Shown here: positions 1 to 7,791 of the stretch, piece after piece
Layout of the letters: each line of letters starts with the position of its first letter
Numbering within the stretch: the stretch's first letter is position 1
DNA from: an uncultured virus (IMG/VR IMGVR_UViG_3300025276_000028)
Lineage: Duplodnaviria > Heunggongvirae > Uroviricota > Caudoviricetes
Length of the DNA stretch: 20,000 nucleotides
Strand: one strand, 5' to 3'
IMG/VR virus record: IMGVR_UViG_3300025276_000028
Notes under the pieces: generated by a model
Database searches by the model: none
Told to the model about the DNA's origin: nothing
Seen by the model: the letters and a program-made list of their open reading frames with translations, nothing else
Made by a program: the position numbers and the translations under genes

Positions 1-4
1 AAAA

Positions 5-1030
5 ATGAAACAACCGTGGCTTAACGAAGAAGCAATAGACGTATTCTCTAACTACTATTATCCTAGGGCAAAATGGTTACAGGATAACGTTAACTGGGGA
101 GATTCTGATTACTTTTGTGATGAGGCTGATGTTGCTGTTAATGATCCGCTCATGCAGACCATAGACATTTATGACTGTTACACTCGTAATGCTGCAGGAT
201 TCTCTAATGTACCACAGGACTTATGGTTCGGTTCAAAGACTCCTAAGTCAAGATGGCATAACGAGCAACGTCGTGAATTAAATGCATCTAATGATAGTAT
301 CGATTGGGATATGAAAACATGGTTATATGTATTTTTATGTCATCGTATTATGGGATCGGGTGCATCATTTGAGAATGATCATGGTTATCGTAATAACGTG
401 GTTCAGCATTGGGGTAAGTATAAGACTATCGAAGAGATGGCTGCAAACATGGTTGAAACCAAGTCACGTGGTGTTCCAATGTTTACCTCTATTGGTAACC
501 AACCACCTGCTCCAAAGAAAGGCACATCAAACGTAGACTATATGTCAATCGAACTTCCACCACTCATTGACCGTTTTCATAAATGGCTTATACTAGAAAC
601 TCGTGGGCATAAGGATATTGTAGACTACCTTAATGGATACAATGCTGAAGTAGGTCATAGGAAGTTTAACTTTGTATATGCAGCATTCTCAATGGATTGC
701 TCTGACTACTTTCCTGAATATGTTGATGTGGATTCACATACTTATTTAGGTAATAATGCAGTAAGATGCATGAAACGATTATCATCAGGATGGAAGGCGG
801 ATGACTTTATGGACTTACTGGTTGAACGTACAGGTGGTAAGGCAAAAGATTTAGAGGATGTTATGTGTGATTTTGTTAGATTTGGTCAGAATTATGTACC
901 ACGTGGCAATGGAACATTTGATCATGTATCATCTGCATTATCGAATGGTTCAGGATGGGTATCCGGATGGGATCAAAGGCAAGGAAAGCCGCCAGAAAAA
1001 GGTTTACAATTGGATGCATTCATGTTATAA
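5..1030 (+). CDS. aGPT-Pplase1 / HMUDK_hel-like DNA thymine hypermodification protein (putative)
   Basis: NDPLMQ..IYDCYTR, F.YAAFSMD...LGNNAVRCMKRL and LEDVMCDFVRF parallel the recalled DPIL..Y.F.N..R / GPGA..GL / E..LCE..KY pattern of alpha-glutamyl/putrescinyl thymine pyrophosphorylase clade 1. Confidence 0.55.
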   Translation: MKQPWLNEEAIDVFSNYYYPRAKWLQDNVNWGDSDYFCDEADVAVNDPLMQTIDIYDCYTRNAAGFSNVPQDLWFGSKTPKSRWHNEQRRELNASNDSIDWDMKTWLYVFLCHRIMGSGASFENDHGYRNNVVQHWGKYKTIEEMAANMVETKSRGVPMFTSIGNQPPAPKKGTSNVDYMSIELPPLIDRFHKWLILETRGHKDIVDYLNGYNAEVGHRKFNFVYAAFSMDCSDYFPEYVDVDSHTYLGNNAVRCMKRLSSGWKADDFMDLLVERTGGKAKDLEDVMCDFVRFGQNYVPRGNGTFDHVSSALSNGSGWVSGWDQRQGKPPEKGLQLDAFML

Positions 1031-1031
1031 T
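1002..1031 (+). promoter_or_regulatory. T4-type early (sigma70) promoter embedded in the 3' end of the upstream gene
   Basis: GTTTACA (1002-1008), 17 nt spacer, TATAAT (1026-1031) with extended TG and an A-tract upstream. Confidence 0.75.
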
Positions 1032-1077
1032 AGATGCATACTAATAAAAAACACAGGAAAAATAATGATAATATGTA

Positions 1078-1106
1078 TGTACATTACTGCCCAAACAGTG
1101 TATAAT
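1078..1106 (+). promoter_or_regulatory. early/middle promoter upstream of uvsX (TGTACA class)
   Basis: TGTACA (1078-1083)-N17-TATAAT (1101-1106); SD AGGAG at 1131-1135. Confidence 0.7.
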
Positions 1107-1144
1107 AGGTCTTATCAATCAGGAAATACTAGGAGTATTATATT

Positions 1145-2218
1145 ATGTCAATAATGAATAAATTAAAAAAGAACTCGAGGCTAAAACATACTGCGGTCCT
1201 CTCTGAGTCAATCTTTTTCTCGGAGAAGGACGTCATTCAAACTGATGTTCCTATGATTAACGTAGCACTATCTGGAAGTTTAGATGGCGGATTAGTTCCA
1301 GGCCTTACGGTTCTGGCAGGTCCATCTAAGCATTTTAAGACAAGCTTTGCATTGAAAATTGCTGCAGCCTATCTTAATAAGTATTCCGATGCTGTAATGT
1401 TGTTCTATGATTCAGAGTTTGGCTCACCACAATCATACTTTGAAAACTTTGGTATTGATACTTCACGTGTATTGCATACACCTGTTGCCAATGTCGAAGA
1501 ACTAAAGTTTGATCTTATTAATCAATTAGAAGAAATTACTCGAGATGACAAAGTCATTGTTGTAATAGATTCTATTGGTAACCTTGCAAGTAAGAAAGAA
1601 TTAGATGATGCATTAAATGAAAAGTCTGTTGCAGATATGACTCGAGCAAAAGCTCTTAAGGGTTTATTCCGTATGACCACACCATTCCTTGCAATGAAGA
1701 ATATTCCTTTACTTGCTGTCAATCATACCTACCAAGAAATCGGTTTGTTTCCAAAGGCAATTGTATCAGGTGGCACTGGTATCTATTACTCAGCAGATAA
1801 CATATGGATTATCGGCCGTCGCCAAACTAAAACTGGCACAGAGATTACTGGATATGACTTTGTTGTTAATATCGAGAAGTCACGATTTGTTAAAGAGAAA
1901 TCAAAGATTCCTATCTCAGTATCATGGGAAGGCGGTATTGAAAAGTACTCAGGATTACTTGATGTTGCTCTTGCTGGTGGTTATGTTATTAAACCTAAGA
2001 ATGGCTGGTATGCATTAGTTGATAAGTCTACGGGTGAAGTCGTTGGCGTTAACCGACGTGCTAAAGATACATCATGTGCAGAATTCTGGGATCCAATCTT
2101 TAAAGATACTGACTTCGGCGAATTTATTAAGAATCAATACTCGGTTGATCGTAAAGCTGAGCTAGGTGAAGACTTCTTAGACAATGTGCCGGAGATTGAA
2201 TATAATGATGAAGTATGA
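1145..2218 (+). CDS. uvsX: UvsX RecA-like recombinase
   Basis: Walker A GPSKHFKT, YDSEFG, IDSIGNLAS.KE, SGGTGIYYSAD, KSRFVKEKSKIP typical of T4 UvsX. Confidence 0.97.
   Translation: MSIMNKLKKNSRLKHTAVLSESIFFSEKDVIQTDVPMINVALSGSLDGGLVPGLTVLAGPSKHFKTSFALKIAAAYLNKYSDAVMLFYDSEFGSPQSYFENFGIDTSRVLHTPVANVEELKFDLINQLEEITRDDKVIVVIDSIGNLASKKELDDALNEKSVADMTRAKALKGLFRMTTPFLAMKNIPLLAVNHTYQEIGLFPKAIVSGGTGIYYSADNIWIIGRRQTKTGTEITGYDFVVNIEKSRFVKEKSKIPISVSWEGGIEKYSGLLDVALAGGYVIKPKNGWYALVDKSTGEVVGVNRRAKDTSCAEFWDPIFKDTDFGEFIKNQYSVDRKAELGEDFLDNVPEIEYNDEV
2178..2206 (+). promoter_or_regulatory. possible sigma70-type promoter embedded at the end of uvsX
   Basis: TAGACA (2178-2183)-N17-TATAAT (2201-2206). Confidence 0.45.
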
Positions 2219-2495
2219 GCTAGTTGACGATAAGACTGATGACGAGCATTTCGCAGTTCGCATCACCGAAGGTAAGTACATAGATACTATCTATCGTTAT
2301 AATGAAATTAAGGTGACTGAATCCGATGACGATTACGCCACCTTAAAGTTTGATTATCATATCATGGAGGGTAATATGGATCTCCATAATGATACTGACT
2401 TTGAAGAAGAGTTAGGTCATATTCTACATGAATGTTTGATTGAAGCAATTGATTATAAAGCAGAAAGTGCAAGTGATAAAGGGAAAAAGACCTAA
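2205..2495 (+). CDS. acidic hypothetical protein between uvsX and helicase (position of T4 gp40)
   Basis: ORF track 2184..2495; GGAG at 2191-2194 favours ATG 2205 (or 2208); synteny only. Confidence 0.6.
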   Translation: MMKYELVDDKTDDEHFAVRITEGKYIDTIYRYNEIKVTESDDDYATLKFDYHIMEGNMDLHNDTDFEEELGHILHECLIEAIDYKAESASDKGKKT

Positions 2496-3884
2496 ATGAA
2501 TCCAGATATTCAGTCATTGATATTACGTAACCTTATTAGTAACGATGTTTATATGCGTAAGGTTATTCCTTTCCTTAAACGTGAATACTTCGAGGGTCCA
2601 TTCAAGACTGTGTTCAATGAGATTATATCGTTTGTGGGTAAGTATAATAACTTGCCTACATTCGAATCGTTGTCCATTGAAATGCAAAACTCAGATATAT
2701 CAGATCAGCAATTGACTGAATCTGGTAAGGTATTATCCAATATTACTTCAGTAGAGAAAGATGCCGATGTGGATTGGCTTCTAGAAAGTACTGAAAAGTG
2801 GTGCCAAGACCGTTCTATATACTTAGCTATTATAGAATCTATTTCAATCATTGATGGTAAGCATGAGAATCTTAGTAAGGATGCATTGCCAGACTTATTG
2901 CAGAAAGCTCTAGCTGTCGGATTCGATACTAATATCGGTCATGACTACTTCGGTGCTATCGATGATCGTTATGAATTTTATCATACTACGGAAGAACGTA
3001 TGCCATTTGACTTAGAGAAGTTTAACTCTATTACAAAGGGTGGTCTACCAAAGAAATCATTATCTGTTGTTATGGCAGGTACTGGTACAGGTAAGTCGTT
3101 GTTCATGTGTCATGTTGCCGCTGCTGCATTAAGTGCAGGTCAAAATGTTCTGTATATTACTATGGAAATGTCAGAGGAACGTATCGCAGAACGTATTGAT
3201 GCTAACCTAATGAATGTGCCTATTGATAAGATTGAAACATTAACAAAAGAATCATTCACAAATAAGATGACTAATATCTCTAAGAAGACTGATGGTAATC
3301 TTATTATTAAAGAATACCCTACTGGTTCTGCTCACGCAGGACACTTTAGGGCACTTATCGCTGAATTAAGCTTAAAGAAGAAGTTTAAGCCAGATATTAT
3401 TATGATTGACTACATTAACATTTGTTCATCCTCACGGATTAAGAATGGCTTGGGTGGAAGTGTCAATACATACTCCTTAATCAAATCTATAGCAGAAGAA
3501 TTACGTGGTCTATCTGTTGAGAATAACGTACCAATCTTGACTGCAACACAGACAACAAGAAGCGGTTTCTCTAATACCGATGTCGGTCTAGAGGATACTT
3601 CAGAGTCGTTTGGCCTACCAGCTACGGCTGATTTAATGTTTGCCTTAGTGAGTAATGAAGAATTACAATCATTGAATCAAGTTATGGTAAAGCAATTAAA
3701 GAATCGTTATTCCGATATAAATGATAACAAACGTTTTATCCTCGGTATTGACAGAGCTAAGATGAAGCTATATGATGTTGAAGAATCTGCACAAGGTTTG
3801 ATGACTGGAGAAACCCCAATGCCAAATAGTTCAAGTAATGCTTTTGGTAAACGAGAAAACAATTTTGAAGGATTTAAACAATGA
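2496..3884 (+). CDS. 41: gp41 DnaB-like replicative helicase
   Basis: Walker A AGTGTGKS, YITMEMSEERIAERIDAN, IKEYPT, IDYINI, SESFGLPATAD, KQLKNRY. Confidence 0.97.
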   Translation: MNPDIQSLILRNLISNDVYMRKVIPFLKREYFEGPFKTVFNEIISFVGKYNNLPTFESLSIEMQNSDISDQQLTESGKVLSNITSVEKDADVDWLLESTEKWCQDRSIYLAIIESISIIDGKHENLSKDALPDLLQKALAVGFDTNIGHDYFGAIDDRYEFYHTTEERMPFDLEKFNSITKGGLPKKSLSVVMAGTGTGKSLFMCHVAAAALSAGQNVLYITMEMSEERIAERIDANLMNVPIDKIETLTKESFTNKMTNISKKTDGNLIIKEYPTGSAHAGHFRALIAELSLKKKFKPDIIMIDYINICSSSRIKNGLGGSVNTYSLIKSIAEELRGLSVENNVPILTATQTTRSGFSNTDVGLEDTSESFGLPATADLMFALVSNEELQSLNQVMVKQLKNRYSDINDNKRFILGIDRAKMKLYDVEESAQGLMTGETPMPNSSSNAFGKRENNFEGFKQ

Positions 3885-4150
3885 TGAAGTATAATGAAGA
3901 TATGATATTAACAGAGGTAGAGGAATATATAGAGTCAACTTATTCCTCTCATTATGCAAAAGGCGATTCTTTACAGACGCTTGATGTGTATAAAGCATTA
4001 GGATCTGCACAGACCACGTGTAGAGATACTGCTATTAAATACCTTATGCGGTATGGTGAGAAGGACGGATTTAATCGTAAGGATATGATCAAGGCTATAC
4101 ATTATATTGTGCTTATTCTTGGCATAAGCGATAAAGATAAAGACGTATAA
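3881..4150 (+). CDS. DUF3310 / SaV / T7 gp1.7-like putative nucleotide kinase
   Basis: SHY...AIKYLMRYGEKDG..KDMIKAIHY pattern; ATGA overlap with the helicase stop. Confidence 0.7.
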   Translation: MMKYNEDMILTEVEEYIESTYSSHYAKGDSLQTLDVYKALGSAQTTCRDTAIKYLMRYGEKDGFNRKDMIKAIHYIVLILGISDKDKDV

Positions 4151-4153
4151 ATA
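4146..4153 (+). promoter_or_regulatory. T4 late promoter
   Basis: exact TATAAATA, 27 nt upstream of ATG 4181. Confidence 0.7.
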
Positions 4154-4180
4154 ATATCAATCTAAACTAAGGCAAATATA

Positions 4181-4333
4181 ATGAACGTAACTATAGCAAC
4201 TGAAGATAGCACGTTGTCAGATGATAAGACCGTTAAGGAAACCCTTGCCTTAATGGTTATTGTAATAAATGAGATAAGAGTTGAATTGAAAGAATTTAGA
4301 GAAGTATATAATGGAGAAGTAAATGACAGCTAG
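4181..4333 (+). CDS. small hypothetical protein, 50 aa (MNVTIATEDSTLSDDKTVKETLALMVIVINEIRVELKEFREVYNGEVNDS)
   Basis: manually translated; fills the gap after the late promoter, AAGG upstream, overlaps the thyX start. Confidence 0.6.
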   Translation: MNVTIATEDSTLSDDKTVKETLALMVIVINEIRVELKEFREVYNGEVNDS

Positions 4334-5012
4334 TTTAATATCGTATTCTCAACCACCAGCAGGCAGTACAATAACTCTTAACACAGAATCGGATAACGAA
4401 ATTTTAACTAATTTGATTTCATTTTGTGCAAGAGTATCAGCTCCAGACAACCAAGATGATTATTCATCTGGTCAAAAGCTGATTAATTACCTGGTTAAGC
4501 ATCAGCATTGGAGTCCACTTGAGATGGTCTCTGCATGTATTGGTATTGAAACGACCCGAGATATTGCACGTCAATTTCTTAGGCATCGTTCGTTTTCGTT
4601 TCAAGAGTATTCACAACGATACGCAGATCCTACTAAAGATCTAGAGTTCGTATTGCGTGAAGCACGTTTGCAAGATCCGGTCAATCGTCAGAATTCGATT
4701 GAATGTGGTCCTGAGCATCTTGATACTATGATTGAGTGGGGACGTCGTCAGAAATCAGTAATTGATCTGGCAGAAGAATCATATCGTTGGGCAGTGTCGA
4801 AAGGCATTGCGAAAGAATGTGCAAGGGTTGTTTTGCCTGAGGGTAATACTATCTCGCGTGTTTATGTCAATGGTACTATCCGATCGTGGGTTCATTATGT
4901 TGATCTACGTTCATCCAATGGAACACAGAAAGAACACATGCAAATTGCTAGAGCTTGCTCTAAAGTATTGCAGTCCATCTTTCCTAACATAGAGAAATAC
5001 ACGCATGATTAA
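4323..5012 (+). CDS. thyX: flavin-dependent thymidylate synthase ThyX
   Basis: HWSPLE, signature RHRSFSFQEYSQRY, ARVVLP, TQKEH. Confidence 0.96.
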   Translation: MTASLISYSQPPAGSTITLNTESDNEILTNLISFCARVSAPDNQDDYSSGQKLINYLVKHQHWSPLEMVSACIGIETTRDIARQFLRHRSFSFQEYSQRYADPTKDLEFVLREARLQDPVNRQNSIECGPEHLDTMIEWGRRQKSVIDLAEESYRWAVSKGIAKECARVVLPEGNTISRVYVNGTIRSWVHYVDLRSSNGTQKEHMQIARACSKVLQSIFPNIEKYTHD

Positions 5013-5469
5013 ATTTAAAGAAATGCCGTCAATGAGACCTGTGCCTATTCTAACAAAGGACAAAGGTTTTATTGGAGCAATACTATTGTGGCTATTGGCT
5101 ACACGTCAATGGACTATCGCCGAAGATTGGAACTATGAGCTTCATGGTGTCAAATGTGTTATTCCAGCTGGATTCACTTTTGATGGCGCGTCTATTCCAA
5201 AGTTCTTTTGGAAATACTTATCTCCAACTGGTGTATTATTAATGCCAGGACTTGTACACGATTGGGTCTATAAGACACGAAGTGTTAAACGAGCCGATGG
5301 TCGTGATGCTGAAATGCTTGATCAAAAGAAGTGTGATGAACTCTTTAGAGATTTAGCCATTGAGATTAACGGATTTAAGGTAATAAATAATATTGCCTAT
5401 TACATACTACGCGTCTTTGGTCGCTTTGCTTGGAATTCCCATCGAAGAAATGACACATTTTTAAAATAA
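5005..5469 (+). CDS. DUF1353-like protein
   Basis: IPAGFTFDGASIP...GLVHDWVY...CDELF pattern. Confidence 0.75.
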   Translation: MIKFKEMPSMRPVPILTKDKGFIGAILLWLLATRQWTIAEDWNYELHGVKCVIPAGFTFDGASIPKFFWKYLSPTGVLLMPGLVHDWVYKTRSVKRADGRDAEMLDQKKCDELFRDLAIEINGFKVINNIAYYILRVFGRFAWNSHRRNDTFLK

Positions 5470-5482
5470 GTTAAAATAGTTG

Positions 5483-5512
5483 TGTACAACACACCCCTTT
5501 CTGTGATATAAT
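5483..5512 (+). promoter_or_regulatory. early/middle promoter (TGTACA class)
   Basis: AATAGTTGTGTACA, then TGTGA-TATAAT (5507-5512); extended -10, 18 nt spacer. Confidence 0.7.
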
Positions 5513-5538
5513 AACAGTATAACATTAAGGGGTTTTTT

Positions 5539-5880
5539 ATGCTTCACGTTTATATGAAAGACAGTATTTTCTTGTATCACACTTCAGAGTTCGCTCAAGA
5601 AGTGGTTAGGTTGTTATGTATTGAAGACTTGGATATTGAAATAATGTTTGATGATGATATAGCAGATAATGGTTATTGTTATATTGACCCAACAAATAAG
5701 CAAAGTAATATTGACATTGTTATTAGTGAAAACATTAATAGAACTGAGCAGTTAATTACTATTGCACACGAGCTAATCCATGCATGCCAATTCAAAGAAG
5801 GTTTTGAACTTGACGAGCAAGTAGCTTATTTTATCGAAGAATCACTTTACTTAGAGGCCTTAGTAAACACACATGAATAA
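5539..5880 (+). CDS. small HEXXH metallopeptidase-like protein
   Basis: TIAHELIHACQ followed by EQVAY; SD AAGGGG. Confidence 0.6.
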   Translation: MLHVYMKDSIFLYHTSEFAQEVVRLLCIEDLDIEIMFDDDIADNGYCYIDPTNKQSNIDIVISENINRTEQLITIAHELIHACQFKEGFELDEQVAYFIEESLYLEALVNTHE

Positions 5881-6349
5881 ATTAATAGTAGTACTAGCAC
5901 TAATACTTTCATCTGCAACCTATGCAAATGACCACAATTACGAAGAAGCGGATATTCAATGTCTTGCAGAGAATATCTATTTTGAATCACGCAATCAGGG
6001 TAAGTTAGGTAAGATTGCAGTTGCTTTAGTAACATTGAATAGAGTAATGCATCCACGCTGGCCCAACGATATATGCGGCGTTGTTAAGCAGGCAAAGATG
6101 TGGGGTGAAGTTGTTGTTCGTCATCAATGCCAATTTTCTTGGTACTGTGACGGTTTGTCTGACCAAATACGTGATGTTGGCGCCTTTATAGATGCCCGCC
6201 GTCATGCTATTGATGCTATCCTATGGTATCGAGCTGGACATGATTTTGTAGATGGTGCAACACATTATCATACTACTAAGGTAAATCCGTATTGGAATGC
6301 TAGCCTAGATTATATTGCTACTATAGATGATCACATATTCTATAAGTAA
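5873..6349 (+). CDS. SleB-like cell wall hydrolase (Hydrolase_2) with signal peptide
   Basis: CLAENIYFESRNQ, VTLNRV, CQFSW, GATHYH, HIFYK; N-terminus MNKLIVVLALILSSATYA. Confidence 0.9.
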   Translation: MNKLIVVLALILSSATYANDHNYEEADIQCLAENIYFESRNQGKLGKIAVALVTLNRVMHPRWPNDICGVVKQAKMWGEVVVRHQCQFSWYCDGLSDQIRDVGAFIDARRHAIDAILWYRAGHDFVDGATHYHTTKVNPYWNASLDYIATIDDHIFYK

Positions 6350-6356
6350 TATTTTA

Positions 6357-6364
6357 TATAAATA
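6357..6364 (+). promoter_or_regulatory. T4 late promoter
   Basis: exact TATAAATA in the intergenic region upstream of 6392. Confidence 0.8.
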
Positions 6365-6391
6365 GATTAAAAGTATATAAGGGTTGACACG

Positions 6392-7783
6392 ATGCAGACG
6401 TTTGAAAACATGTTATTTGAATTAACCGGTTGGGCCTCTATGACAAAAAGTCAATGGTTCAAGTATGGAGATGATAGATTAGACGTCTTAAGGCAAACAA
6501 TTGTAGACGGTGATCCAATAACAATGACTAACGGCGAAGATGCTATGGTTGCCGGTACTACTGCAAATCTTAAAATTGTGGACGACTATACTAAGTTAGG
6601 CGACGAAGCTCCTGCTACCTTTACTCTGAAGTTAAAGAAAAAAGGTGAAATAGTTTCTAACATGATAGGCAAATCACCTATTTTTGGTGGTAAAGGTAAG
6701 GGTGGCGGAGCAACTGGTATCACTGCTAACGGTGAATCATTGCAATGCTTATTCTTAGCTGCCATGTTAGGTGAAGGTCCTAATAACGAATTCTCACACT
6801 TTACTCCTGAATTGTTACAATCTTATTATAAAGATATCGACGTTGATGTAGGCATTAAAGACGTTATGGCATCGGATGATGCATGGTTCTTCTCTGCATT
6901 CGTTACAGCACGATATTTAATCAGAAAGAAGTACGTGACAAATGCTCATACATTGCACCGTGGTTCATCCACAATGAAGGCAATATATAGTGCTAAGCGA
7001 CAAGCATTTAAGAACTCAGACCAACCAGTATTGAACGACGACAAGTGGAACCCAGGTGATATTTGGGCAGTGAAGAAAGGTGCTGATATAAAGAAGCTTC
7101 TTGACGTCACCACAGTTGCTACGCTCAATGCAGATATTCTAAAAGCCTATGACAATAAAACGATCATTGGTATATCACTTAAGCAAATCGCTTCACTTGA
7201 TAAGAAAGCACAATCCAAAGAATACAATCGTGATGATGAAATACTAGACAAGCATAAGTTTACTAAAGTAAGACTTAAGAGCGACGGTAAAAATTCAACC
7301 GTATGGACACTAAAGGGTGGTGTTATCACATTCGATGGTAGTACTAAAATGGACTTTAGAGCACCGTCTTCTATGGGTGCACTCAATGTTGAAATCATAG
7401 GTAAAGGAGCACGAGGTGGTAGAGCTGGATACGGTCAAATAACCTATGCAGCCAAAGCACATATGAAGCTTGATTTACCTACTAATAACGATATCAAAGC
7501 TCAATCAAAGAAGCTACTTGGCGGAAAGAGCCGAACCGATGCAAACAAATTTTATACAATGACTCACGCAGTTGAAAAGAATATGATGTCTAAAGAAGAC
7601 TTCATGGCTGAGTTAAAGACCACTACAATAGATCGAATCCACGCTAACTTAGCTGCAGCTTACCTTGCAACTGGTTTACTAAAGTCTTCTTCGGCACAGA
7701 GGAACAACTTTGTAACGCATATGGTAAACTATGCAGGATCTAAGACTAATGACTCATCAATCTATATCAAAATTTCGGCTTAA
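6392..7783 (+). CDS. putative PD-(D/E)xK (restriction-endonuclease fold) protein, probably virion-internal
   Basis: GESLQ ... KWNPGDIWAV ... IIGISLKQ; leader MQTFENMLFE. Confidence 0.5.
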   Translation: MQTFENMLFELTGWASMTKSQWFKYGDDRLDVLRQTIVDGDPITMTNGEDAMVAGTTANLKIVDDYTKLGDEAPATFTLKLKKKGEIVSNMIGKSPIFGGKGKGGGATGITANGESLQCLFLAAMLGEGPNNEFSHFTPELLQSYYKDIDVDVGIKDVMASDDAWFFSAFVTARYLIRKKYVTNAHTLHRGSSTMKAIYSAKRQAFKNSDQPVLNDDKWNPGDIWAVKKGADIKKLLDVTTVATLNADILKAYDNKTIIGISLKQIASLDKKAQSKEYNRDDEILDKHKFTKVRLKSDGKNSTVWTLKGGVITFDGSTKMDFRAPSSMGALNVEIIGKGARGGRAGYGQITYAAKAHMKLDLPTNNDIKAQSKKLLGGKSRTDANKFYTMTHAVEKNMMSKEDFMAELKTTTIDRIHANLAAAYLATGLLKSSSAQRNNFVTHMVNYAGSKTNDSSIYIKISA

Positions 7784-7791
7784 GGAATACA

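Noticed and set aside
6384..6412. TTGACA upstream of 6392 as a sigma70 -35
   Set aside because: No -10 at 16-18 nt; the late promoter at 6357 explains expression
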